From Elusimicrobiota bacterium (GTDB taxonomy: Bacteria > CG03 > SLGR01 > JAFGSA01), in contig JAFGSA010000052.1 in assembly GCA_016934855.1 (NCBI GenBank), positions 6,220 to 70,219 of the forward strand: a stretch of 64,000 nt of DNA. The letters are read 5' to 3'. Numbering within the stretch: position 1 is the stretch's first letter; each line of letters starts with the position of its first letter. The position numbers and the translations under genes are program-made. The notes under the pieces were generated by a model. The model saw only the letters and a list, made by a program, of their open reading frames with translations, had not been told where the DNA came from and did not search any database. This document shows positions 8,816-16,693 of this stretch, in pieces.

Positions 8816-9252
8816 CTTTTCTCCATGTCCGCTATAAGGTTAATCCTGCGTTCGTGGCGGCCGCCCTCGAACCCGGTCCTGAGGAAAGCGTCTACTATCT
8901 TCTTCGCCTTTGCGAAAGAGGTAAAATCTGCTCCCAGGCAGAGGATATTCGCGTTATTATGCTTCGCGGCCATGACCGCGGCTTTCGCGGTCCTCACGGT
9001 GACTCCCCTTATGCCTTTCACCTTGTTGACGGCGATGCATACTCCGAGCCCGCTCCCGCATACCGCTATTCCCTTTTCCGCCCTTTTCCCCGAAACATCC
9101 ATGGCTACTTTTTCCGCGTATACGGGGTAATCAACGGAAGCCGGTCCGTCCGTACCGTTATCTATTACTTCGTGGCCGGACGCTACCAGGAACTTCCTTA
9201 TCCTGTCCTTGAGCGCATATCCCCTGTGGTCCGATCCGACGGATATCTTCAT
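8812..9252 (-). CDS. rpiB: Ribose-5-phosphate isomerase B, canonical Cys type
   Basis: GSDHRG, VDYP, CGSGLG, NKVKGIR, HNNANILCLG and FEGGRHERR motifs. Confidence 0.95.
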   Translation of the reverse strand: MKISVGSDHRGYALKDRIRKFLVASGHEVIDNGTDGPASVDYPVYAEKVAMDVSGKRAEKGIAVCGSGLGVCIAVNKVKGIRGVTVRTAKAAVMAAKHNNANILCLGADFTSFAKAKKIVDAFLRTGFEGGRHERRINLIADMEKR

Positions 9253-9256
9253 ATTT

Positions 9257-9706
9257 TCACCTGTAATACCTGTCTTCGACGGATTTCACCTTGTCCAGCC
9301 TTTTCCGGTGCCTTCCCTCGCCGAAGGGAGTCTCCAGCCATTGGGTCACTATGTCACGGGCGAGAAGCGTACCCAGCATCTTGCCCCCGAGACAGAGCAC
9401 GTTGCAGTCGTCGTGCTCGGAAGCGTACGCTCCCGTAAGATGGTTATACGCCGTGACAGCCCTTATGCCCCTGACCTTGTTTGCCGTCAGGCAGACCCCC
9501 CCTCCGGTTCCGTCTATCAGTATGCCCCTGCCGTAATCTCCCCGCGATACGGCTTCGGCCACAAGCAGCGCGTAGTCGGGGTAATCGCAGGATTCTTCCG
9601 AATACGTGCCGAAATCTATCACGTTATGCCCTTTTCCCTGCAGAAATTTTTTAATATCTTCTTTTAAGGCGAAACCGCCGTGGTCCGATCCTATTACTAT
9701 ATTCAT
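9257..9706 (-). CDS. rpiB: RpiB/LacAB-family sugar-phosphate isomerase, Asp in place of the catalytic Cys
   Basis: GSDHGG, CDYPD, IDGTGGG (canonical CGSG), NKVRGIRA, EHDDCNVL and GRHRKR motifs. Confidence 0.9.
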   Translation of the reverse strand: MNIVIGSDHGGFALKEDIKKFLQGKGHNVIDFGTYSEESCDYPDYALLVAEAVSRGDYGRGILIDGTGGGVCLTANKVRGIRAVTAYNHLTGAYASEHDDCNVLCLGGKMLGTLLARDIVTQWLETPFGEGRHRKRLDKVKSVEDRYYR

Positions 9707-9725
9707 TTTCTGGTAACTCCTGATC

Positions 9726-9889
9726 CGTGTAATATGTCATGTGAAATGTGTAACGTATAAATATCAAATTCAGATGAAACCGGATGGAAATCTACTGCCA
9801 ATCTATTGCCAGAATAACAATCTTCTGCAAATTGAAAATAATTTCTAAGCATGAAATTTCCCTGCACTTCGCATATTACAACTTATACA
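9726..9889. repeat. Inverted pair of degenerate heptamer arrays around an AT-rich core
   Basis: cgtgtaa-tatgtca-tgtgaaa-tgtgtaa-cgtataa (9726-9760) and tcgcata-ttacaac-ttataca (9869-9889). Confidence 0.65.
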
Positions 9890-9890
9890 A

Positions 9891-10439
9891 TCACAGCACG
9901 CTCTTCCGCAGGTCTTTATGCGGACTCGGGATTATGACCCTTCTTATGAGTATCCCTTCTTCTTTTATCGAACCGCACCCCGCGTTCACCGCCGACCGGA
10001 CGCTGGCGACATCCCCGGTCATCGTAACATACGCTTTTCCGCCGAGAGCGTTTGCCAGCCTCACGTCTATGAGCCTGATATCGGCTGCCTTCGCCGCGCT
10101 GTCAGCGGCTATTATGCACGACGCGACCGAAAACGTTTCTATGATGCCCAGCGCCCCGATCTCCGAGACGTCAGACGTGCCCCTGATAGCAGGAACAAGC
10201 TGGTCATGCACGTTCTTTATTATCAGTTTATCGACCAGCGCGTCTTCTGCCAGGTTCAGGCCGCTTTTCAGAGAACTCTCCACATCGGCCGTCGAACCGG
10301 TTATAAGGACTATGAACTTGCCCGGGCAGACGGAATGGGCTTCCACCAGTTCGCTGCCAGCAGTTTTCAAAAGGGCATCGGTGACCTCAAACCCTTTGGC
10401 CACACTGCATAATTCTATCAATCCTATCGCGTTGCGCAT
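9891..10439 (-). CDS. pduT: BMC-T tandem shell protein, PduT-like (Fe-S-binding pore)
   Basis: Two BMC domains (AIGLIE...; ALGIIETFS...GGKAYV) and the VCPGK pore Cys. Start ATG 10439 follows GAGGAG. Confidence 0.93.
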   Translation of the reverse strand: MRNAIGLIELCSVAKGFEVTDALLKTAGSELVEAHSVCPGKFIVLITGSTADVESSLKSGLNLAEDALVDKLIIKNVHDQLVPAIRGTSDVSEIGALGIIETFSVASCIIAADSAAKAADIRLIDVRLANALGGKAYVTMTGDVASVRSAVNAGCGSIKEEGILIRRVIIPSPHKDLRKSVL

Positions 10440-10449
10440 ATTTTGCTCC

Positions 10450-11766
10450 TCAGCCGGATATCTCGATATACTCACTGCTAAAGCCCTTCACGGTGCCGCT
10501 TATGCTGGAGTGGACCGCCGCGCCGAGCTTATCTGCGGGTATCCCGGCCAGCAGGTCTCCCTTTTTCACCCTGTCGCCCTCACTTACTACGGGACTTGCC
10601 GGTGTCCCTATATGCTGGCTGAGAGGTATTCTGACTTTTCCGGTATCCACGGTCTTGACCCTGATATCGTGCATATCGTATGAATCTATATCAAGCCGGG
10701 CCATAAGCCTGTCCGTATTGACTCTTCTGAATTCCCTTTCCGGATGCGCCTTGAGATCCGAAAGCGAATGGGGATTCTTTATCCCTTTCTCCGCGAGTTC
10801 CTTCTTCGTCTTCCTGAGCATGTCCCGGGGGGACAGATCAAGGGGGCACGCGTACATATTGCATAACCCGCACTCGCTGCACAGGTACGCGTTCGTAAGA
10901 TGCACCTGATCGCCGCCGATAAAAAAGTTCCTCATGATCATGTGCGGCGAGAGGTTGTGTCCCAGCAGGTTCCTTGGGCATACTATAGTGCAGTCGAAAC
11001 ACTGATCACAGGTGGATTTGGCCCTTCTGGCCATGGCCTCGAAACCGGCACTGTGCTTCGCCACAAGAGGATGATCGGGCTTCAGCACTATCAGTCCTCC
11101 GCAGAGCTTCGTTATACTGAAGGATCTCTCCACCACCTTGCCCATCATGGGACCGCCGGCTATCACGGCATAATCTTTCAGCAGAGGTACGGCCCTGTCT
11201 ATAAGTTCTCCCGCGGATATGCCCACGGGCACCTCCGCGATATACGGTTCTTCGACCTCACCGGCGACTGTTACCCACCTGGTTACCACCGGGGTATCGC
11301 TTTCCACCGCAGCATTTATATTCACAAGAGTGTTTACATTTATCACGACCGCACCGACGCTAAGAGGTATGCCTCCTTCCGGGATGATCCTCCCGGTTAT
11401 GTTATATACCAGCTCGAACTCGTCTCCGGCGGGGTAATAGTTATCCAGGAGCGCTACCCTGACGGATTTATCGCGGGCGGCTGCCTTCCTGACAGATTCC
11501 GCAGCTTCCGGATACTTTTTTTTCAGCGCGATAAAGACGTTTTTCGCCCCCGTTGTTTTTTTCACGTGCCCCAGACCCTGCATTATCTCGGCGGCACGGT
11601 TTTCCATCAGATACCTGTCCGTACTCAGCAGAGGCTCGCACTCGGCTCCGTTGGCTATCACGGTATCGACGGAGGCCGCTATCTTGACATGCGCAGGGAA
11701 TCCGCCCCCGCCTGCGCCTACGACTCCCGCTCTTCTGACTCTTTCGATAATATCCTTTTTCTCCAT
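10450..11766 (-). CDS. pduS: PduS/RnfC-like flavin and Fe-S oxidoreductase
   Basis: AGVVGAGGGGFP, NGAECEPLL, YPAGDE, GGPMMG, CDQCFDCTIVCP, CSECGLC...CP and PLSQHIG motifs. Confidence 0.93.
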   Translation of the reverse strand: MEKKDIIERVRRAGVVGAGGGGFPAHVKIAASVDTVIANGAECEPLLSTDRYLMENRAAEIMQGLGHVKKTTGAKNVFIALKKKYPEAAESVRKAAARDKSVRVALLDNYYPAGDEFELVYNITGRIIPEGGIPLSVGAVVINVNTLVNINAAVESDTPVVTRWVTVAGEVEEPYIAEVPVGISAGELIDRAVPLLKDYAVIAGGPMMGKVVERSFSITKLCGGLIVLKPDHPLVAKHSAGFEAMARRAKSTCDQCFDCTIVCPRNLLGHNLSPHMIMRNFFIGGDQVHLTNAYLCSECGLCNMYACPLDLSPRDMLRKTKKELAEKGIKNPHSLSDLKAHPEREFRRVNTDRLMARLDIDSYDMHDIRVKTVDTGKVRIPLSQHIGTPASPVVSEGDRVKKGDLLAGIPADKLGAAVHSSISGTVKGFSSEYIEISG

Positions 11767-11811
11767 CCTATGATATCAATGATCTGGGTCTCGCCGGCTG
11801 TCTGTCCCGCG

Positions 11812-13248
11812 TCATACTATCCTGAAATAGTCCACAAGGGTGCAGCGCAGCGGGCGGGTGAATGTCTTCGCGCTTACCAGCCCGTCACCCGTAGGCGTGG
11901 CTATGGAAAGCGATGCGAACCCTTCTCCCATTCCGAGCCCCATGTAAGACGGGCCGTTTTTTACGAATATGGAGCATGCCGCGGCATAGGCCATCTTCGT
12001 CAGCCTGTCCACGTTCAGTGAATGCATCACGGCAGTGTGCCCGTTGCCTCCCTCCATCTCCACGGCAAGCTGTATAGTCCTGTCGATGGAACCGGTCCTT
12101 GCAAACGGGAGTATCGGCATGAGCTGCTCGGTCCACATAAAATCGTGTTTTTCGTCGACGAGGCCCCACAGCAGCCTTACATCTTCCCGCAGATCGATAC
12201 CCAGCGCGTTCTTCGCAATAAAAGAAGCGTTCCTGCCTACATACTCGCGGTTCAGCACGGGTTCCCTGCAGCCGGCACCGCCTTTTACTATCGCGGCAGA
12301 CGCGAGCCTGTCCATCTGTTCCGGCGACAGTTCGTGAACCCTGGGATCTTTTCTCATTCTCTCCAGCACAGCCTCGGCCGCGCCGTCTGCCAGAAGGACT
12401 TCTTTTTCCGCCGTGCACAGTATGCCGTTATCGAAACTGGCCCCCCTTATTATCGAATCCACCGCTTTTTCGAAATCGGCGGTTTCGTCGACAACTACCG
12501 GAGGGTTCCCGGGCCCGGCGGCGATGACTCTCTTACTGCTTTTCATCGCTGCCGCGACTACCCCCGGGCCTCCGGTCACAAGAAGAATCCTTATATCAGG
12601 ATGAGTAAACAGGGTCTGTGCTCCCTCGATGCTGGGGGTTTTCATCGCGGTTATCAGCCCCCTAGGGCCGCCGCTCGCCGCTATGGCGTCTGAAAGGATC
12701 TGCATAGTATACTGGGAGACCTCCCTGGCAGCGGGATGCGGGGCGAATACCACGGAATTGCCCGCCGCTATTATGCTTATAGAATTATTTATTATCGTAG
12801 ACGGAGGATTGGTCGAGGGAGTAACGGCTCCTATGATCCCGTAAGGCGCCCTTTCCACGAGAGTCAGCCCGTTGTCCCCGGTGAAAGCTTCGGGACGCAG
12901 ATCTTCGACACCCGGCGTTTTTTCCGCGGCCAGGGTGTTCTTCAGCACTTTGTCTTCCCACCGGCCCATCCCGGTCTCCCTGCTTGCCATCTTCGCAAGC
13001 GTCTGAGCTTCTTTAAGGGAAACACGGCGCATCGCATCAATCAGTCTCTTCCTGGTCTCAAGATCCGTATCCCTGAGCTTTCTCTGCGCTTCCTTCGCGG
13101 CCAGGATCGCCTCTTCCATCGTCTGGAAAAGTACCCCGTCACCCGAGGAGGCGGCAGGGCCGTATGATACGCCCTTCTCCTTCTCCATCCTTGATATTAT
13201 CTCTCTTACCACGTCTGATATCTGCTTCTCGTCTACATTCATTCTCAT
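11812..13248 (-). CDS. eutE: CoA-acylating aldehyde dehydrogenase (EutE/PduP family) with an N-terminal encapsulation peptide
   Basis: ETGMG, PSTNP, TGGPGVV, AGPGNPP, FDNGILCTAEKE (catalytic Cys), EQLMP and IATPTG motifs; N-terminal VDEKQISDVVREIISRM helix. Confidence 0.95.
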   Translation of the reverse strand: MRMNVDEKQISDVVREIISRMEKEKGVSYGPAASSGDGVLFQTMEEAILAAKEAQRKLRDTDLETRKRLIDAMRRVSLKEAQTLAKMASRETGMGRWEDKVLKNTLAAEKTPGVEDLRPEAFTGDNGLTLVERAPYGIIGAVTPSTNPPSTIINNSISIIAAGNSVVFAPHPAAREVSQYTMQILSDAIAASGGPRGLITAMKTPSIEGAQTLFTHPDIRILLVTGGPGVVAAAMKSSKRVIAAGPGNPPVVVDETADFEKAVDSIIRGASFDNGILCTAEKEVLLADGAAEAVLERMRKDPRVHELSPEQMDRLASAAIVKGGAGCREPVLNREYVGRNASFIAKNALGIDLREDVRLLWGLVDEKHDFMWTEQLMPILPFARTGSIDRTIQLAVEMEGGNGHTAVMHSLNVDRLTKMAYAAACSIFVKNGPSYMGLGMGEGFASLSIATPTGDGLVSAKTFTRPLRCTLVDYFRIV

Positions 13249-13301
13249 ACCTCTCAAAGCTTGATACGGGTCCGCTTCCGGTATTCGCCGTGGATCGGCG
13301 G

Positions 13302-13595
13302 CTACTTGGTTTTTCTGAAGATAACCTTCCCTTCTTTCTCTATGTAATCCACTATTCCCATTACCGTGCAGTCTACCGGCCTGTTCTCGGTGGCATCCGT
13401 CATCCTGGCGGATGACCCCTTGACGAACAGGACTACCTCCCCCTCTCCGGCTCCCACTGAATCGATCCCCACCTGCGGTGCCGAAGTAGGCTTGAGATTA
13501 TCGTCTACGGGCTGTACCAGGAGAAGTTTCCTCCCCTGGATTTTTTCATCCTTTACGGTGCAGACCACGTTTCCTGTTATTATTCCGAATTCCAT
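13302..13595 (-). CDS. eutN: BMC-P vertex protein (EutN-like)
   Basis: GNVVCTVKD...KLLLVQP...DSVGAGEGEVVL...GSSAR...PVD...GIVD. Confidence 0.96.
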   Translation of the reverse strand: MEFGIITGNVVCTVKDEKIQGRKLLLVQPVDDNLKPTSAPQVGIDSVGAGEGEVVLFVKGSSARMTDATENRPVDCTVMGIVDYIEKEGKVIFRKTK

Positions 13596-13620
13596 GCTTG
13601 TTCTCCTTTAAGACTGACGC

Positions 13621-13917
13621 TCATTTTACAGGTCTTATGGGAAGCAGTTCCTCCAGATCCCGGAAAGGATATGGGATGACATGGGCGCTCATCACTTTCC
13701 CCACCCGGTTAGCCGCGCTGCAGGCCGCATCTACGGCCGCCTGGCAGTCCGCCACGGAACCCCTGACCAGCACCGTCACTATCCCGTCTCCGGTTTTCCT
13801 GTAACCGGCTATCTGGACCTTCGCCGTTTTCAACATGACATCGGCCGCTTCCACCATGGCAGTCAGTCCCATGGTCTCGATCATGCCGAGGGCTGTCATG
13901 TCCCTGTCAATATCCAT
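13621..13917 (-). CDS. BMC-H shell protein
   Basis: ALGMIETMGL...EAADVMLKTAKV...RGSVADCQAAVDA...HVIPYP. Confidence 0.95.
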   Translation of the reverse strand: MDIDRDMTALGMIETMGLTAMVEAADVMLKTAKVQIAGYRKTGDGIVTVLVRGSVADCQAAVDAACSAANRVGKVMSAHVIPYPFRDLEELLPIRPVK

Positions 13918-13923
13918 AACGCT

Positions 13924-14541
13924 TTAACATATAAAAACCTTATCGCCGTTTTTCAGATCACACGAATTGGCCTCGTCCGTATCTATATGACACTCGAGCC
14001 TGTATTTATCGCTCACACGCACCAGCACGTTTTCGAATACGACCGACCTGGATCCGGCTGTCCGGATGCGGACCTCCTGCTTGTCTGCGAGATTGAATTC
14101 TTCGGCGTCCGCGGGGGTCATATGAATATGCCTTCTGGCTACGATCACTCCCTCTTTTATCTGCAGGGATCCCTTAGGCCCGATAAACCTGGCCCCGCCG
14201 GAGCTCTTTATATCCCCGGATTCCCTGACCGGGACTTCTATCCCGATCCTGTAGCTGTCGGTCCTGGATATCTCGGCCTGGGTTATCTTTCTCGCGGGGC
14301 CGAGTACCCTTACGTTCTTGAGCGTGCCCCTGGGTCCGAGTATATCTATCGTCTCCCGCGCAGCGTATTCGCCGGGCTGCACCAGGTCCCTCAGTTTGCG
14401 CAATTCGTATCCGCTCCCGAAAAGCGCCTCTATGGCTTCCCGGGTCAGATGCACGTGCCTGTTGGAGATATTGCAGATGACAGGTTTATCCATCCTCCCG
14501 AGTCTCTTAACAACTTCTCCTGCGATCTTAGATATGTCCAT
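13924..14541 (-). CDS. pduL: Phosphate acyltransferase PduL with an N-terminal encapsulation peptide
   Basis: SNRHVHL, QPGEYA, VRVLGP.R...Q.EIS, RESGD, ARRHIHM and HIDTDEAN motifs; N-terminal DISKIAGEVVKRL. Confidence 0.96.
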   Translation of the reverse strand: MDISKIAGEVVKRLGRMDKPVICNISNRHVHLTREAIEALFGSGYELRKLRDLVQPGEYAARETIDILGPRGTLKNVRVLGPARKITQAEISRTDSYRIGIEVPVRESGDIKSSGGARFIGPKGSLQIKEGVIVARRHIHMTPADAEEFNLADKQEVRIRTAGSRSVVFENVLVRVSDKYRLECHIDTDEANSCDLKNGDKVFIC

Positions 14542-14623
14542 ATCAGCCGCTTAATACGTAACGCGTTATATGTAAAGGGAGAAATAATCTATAAGCCGCC
14601 TGCTGCCTCATTATTCTCCCCGG

Positions 14624-15520
14624 TCAACCCCTGAATTTTACTATGCTTGCAAATGAACCGGCCTCAAGACTGGCCCCGCCGACCAGACCTCCGTCTACGT
14701 TCTCCTGCTTCATTATGTCCGAGATGTTATCCGGTTTTATGCTCCCTCCGTATAGGATCCTGATATTCTGGGCGAGTTCTTCCGTGAACATCTCCGAGAG
14801 GGTATTCCTTATAAACTTGTGCGCTTCTTCGGCCTGTGCGGGAGTCGCCGTCTTTCCGGTACCTATCGCCCAAACGGGTTCATATGCTATGGTCAGCGCT
14901 TCCTTTTCATCTTCACTTAGGTCGGCCAGCCCGCCGGAGAGCTGTTTCTTAAGAACTTCGAACGTCTTTCCCTTCTCCCTTTCCTGGAGCGACTCGCCTA
15001 TGCATACTATGGGCTTCAATCCTTCTTTCACGGCGAACTTCAGCTTTTTATTGACTGTCCCGTCCGTGCACCCGAAATACTGCCTTCTCTCGGAATGCCC
15101 TATTATGACCCACTCGCATCCGCATTCCCTGAGCATCGGCGGAGATATCTCCCCCGTGTAAGCGCCGTTCTTTTCCGGATACATGTTCTGCGCGCCCAGG
15201 GCGATGTTGGTCCCCTTCAGAAGTTCGCCTGCCAGGTTCAGCGCGGTATAGGGAGGCGCAACCATTATATCTACGTCGGTTACACCGGCGACCTTGTCTT
15301 TAAATGCCTTTATGAATGCAACGGTCTCGCTGCCGGTCTTATTCATCTTCCAGTTTCCAGCCATCAATGGTCTTCTCATCAGTTCCTCCGTTATCTCGAT
15401 ACCATGGGTATCCGCCGCTTCCCTGGCCATAGGAGTGACAAGCGTCCCCTTCGTCAGGGATACCCTCCTTTTTCCGCTCCTTATTGCTGACATTATGTCA
15501 ACATATTTGTAAATTCCCAT
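14624..15520 (-). CDS. tpiA: Triosephosphate isomerase with a ~47-aa N-terminal extra domain
   Basis: AGNWKMN, GAYTGEIS, GHSERR, AYEPVWAIGTG, YGGS and DGGLVGGASL, preceded by ...KGTLVTPMAREAADTHGIEI. Confidence 0.96.
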   Translation of the reverse strand: MGIYKYVDIMSAIRSGKRRVSLTKGTLVTPMAREAADTHGIEITEELMRRPLMAGNWKMNKTGSETVAFIKAFKDKVAGVTDVDIMVAPPYTALNLAGELLKGTNIALGAQNMYPEKNGAYTGEISPPMLRECGCEWVIIGHSERRQYFGCTDGTVNKKLKFAVKEGLKPIVCIGESLQEREKGKTFEVLKKQLSGGLADLSEDEKEALTIAYEPVWAIGTGKTATPAQAEEAHKFIRNTLSEMFTEELAQNIRILYGGSIKPDNISDIMKQENVDGGLVGGASLEAGSFASIVKFRG

Positions 15521-15526
15521 TTAGAA

Positions 15527-15555
15527 AATATACTATTATTTTATTATACAGTCAA
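15527..15555 (-). promoter_or_regulatory. Sigma70 promoter of the BMC operon, probably leaderless
   Basis: TTGACT-17 nt-TATATT, then 6 nt to the ATG at 15520; no SD. Confidence 0.65.
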
Positions 15556-15592
15556 GCAAAAATATTAAATATTTTATAATTTATAAGATATG

Positions 15593-16693
15593 TCAGTTGA
15601 AACCCATGACCCTGTTGCGCCCCTGTTCTTTGGCCATATACAGCCGGCTGTCTGCCATATTGATCAGATCATCGAAAGTTTCCATATTATCGGAATATTC
15701 GGCGACTCCTATTGTGACCGTCATGCCGTAATCGCACCGGTTATGCGTAAAAACCGTTTCTTCGATGTTCTTCCTGAGCCTTTCCGCCAGTACGGACGCT
15801 TTCCTGCCGGCCGTCTCCGGCATCATGACCACGAATTCGTCGCCGCCGTACCTGGCGCACAGGTCGGCCGCCCTGGTGCTCTGGAGTATCAGCTTAGATA
15901 TGTGTATGAGCGCCTGGTCGCCTACCTGGTGCCTGTTGGTATCGTTGAAATCCTTAAAATTGTCTATGTCGATAAAAACAAGCGACAGAGCACGCCCGTA
16001 CCTTTTTGCCTTCTCGAATTCCTTGTGCATGTGCCGGAGGAAATATCTCTTTATGTACAAACCTGTCAGGCCGTCTGTAATAGCCAGTTCGTACATCCTT
16101 GCATTGTTTATGGAGACAGCTGCATGGGACGCTATTATGGACATAAGCCGCTCATCGTTCCTTATAAACTGTTCCCCGGTGATCTTGGAATCCAGGTTGA
16201 CGACTCCCAGGAGCTCACCCTTGAATATCAGGGGAAGAGAAAGAATGGTCTCCTTCGGCAAGGCATCATCCGGGAATATCTCCTTGTAGAACCTGTTTTC
16301 CGTCGTGTCGTTTACCAGAACTGGTTTTCTGGTATACGCCACTCTGCCCGCGATACCTTCTCCTATCTTCAACTTCACATTCTCTACGGCCCTCGGGCTT
16401 AGCCCCAGGGATTCCCTTATCCGCAGGATGCCTTCCTTCCTGTCATAAAGCATTATAGAACCTTTTTTTACTTTGCCAGCTTTCACGAACGCTCCCATGA
16501 TTGCGGGAAGCAGCTCGTTCATCTCGAGATGCGAGGACATGTCGCTAGAGAGCTTCTGCAGCAGTTTCAGGTCATGGACAGCCTGACGGAGAAATCCGGT
16601 CCTGTTCCTCAGCCTGAAATAATTCTTCAGCAGGAATAATATTCCTGAAACAATTGCCAGTATTAATACGGAACAGAAGATCCGGCCGGTCAC
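15593..16693 (-). CDS. Membrane-anchored GAF-GGDEF diguanylate cyclase
   Basis: N-terminal TM helix, GAF domain (GEGIAGRVA...LPL...LGVVNL), DGLTGL, DIDNFK, RAAD I-site and RYGGDEF. Confidence 0.93.
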   Translation of the reverse strand: MTGRIFCSVLILAIVSGILFLLKNYFRLRNRTGFLRQAVHDLKLLQKLSSDMSSHLEMNELLPAIMGAFVKAGKVKKGSIMLYDRKEGILRIRESLGLSPRAVENVKLKIGEGIAGRVAYTRKPVLVNDTTENRFYKEIFPDDALPKETILSLPLIFKGELLGVVNLDSKITGEQFIRNDERLMSIIASHAAVSINNARMYELAITDGLTGLYIKRYFLRHMHKEFEKAKRYGRALSLVFIDIDNFKDFNDTNRHQVGDQALIHISKLILQSTRAADLCARYGGDEFVVMMPETAGRKASVLAERLRKNIEETVFTHNRCDYGMTVTIGVAEYSDNMETFDDLINMADSRLYMAKEQGRNRVMGFN

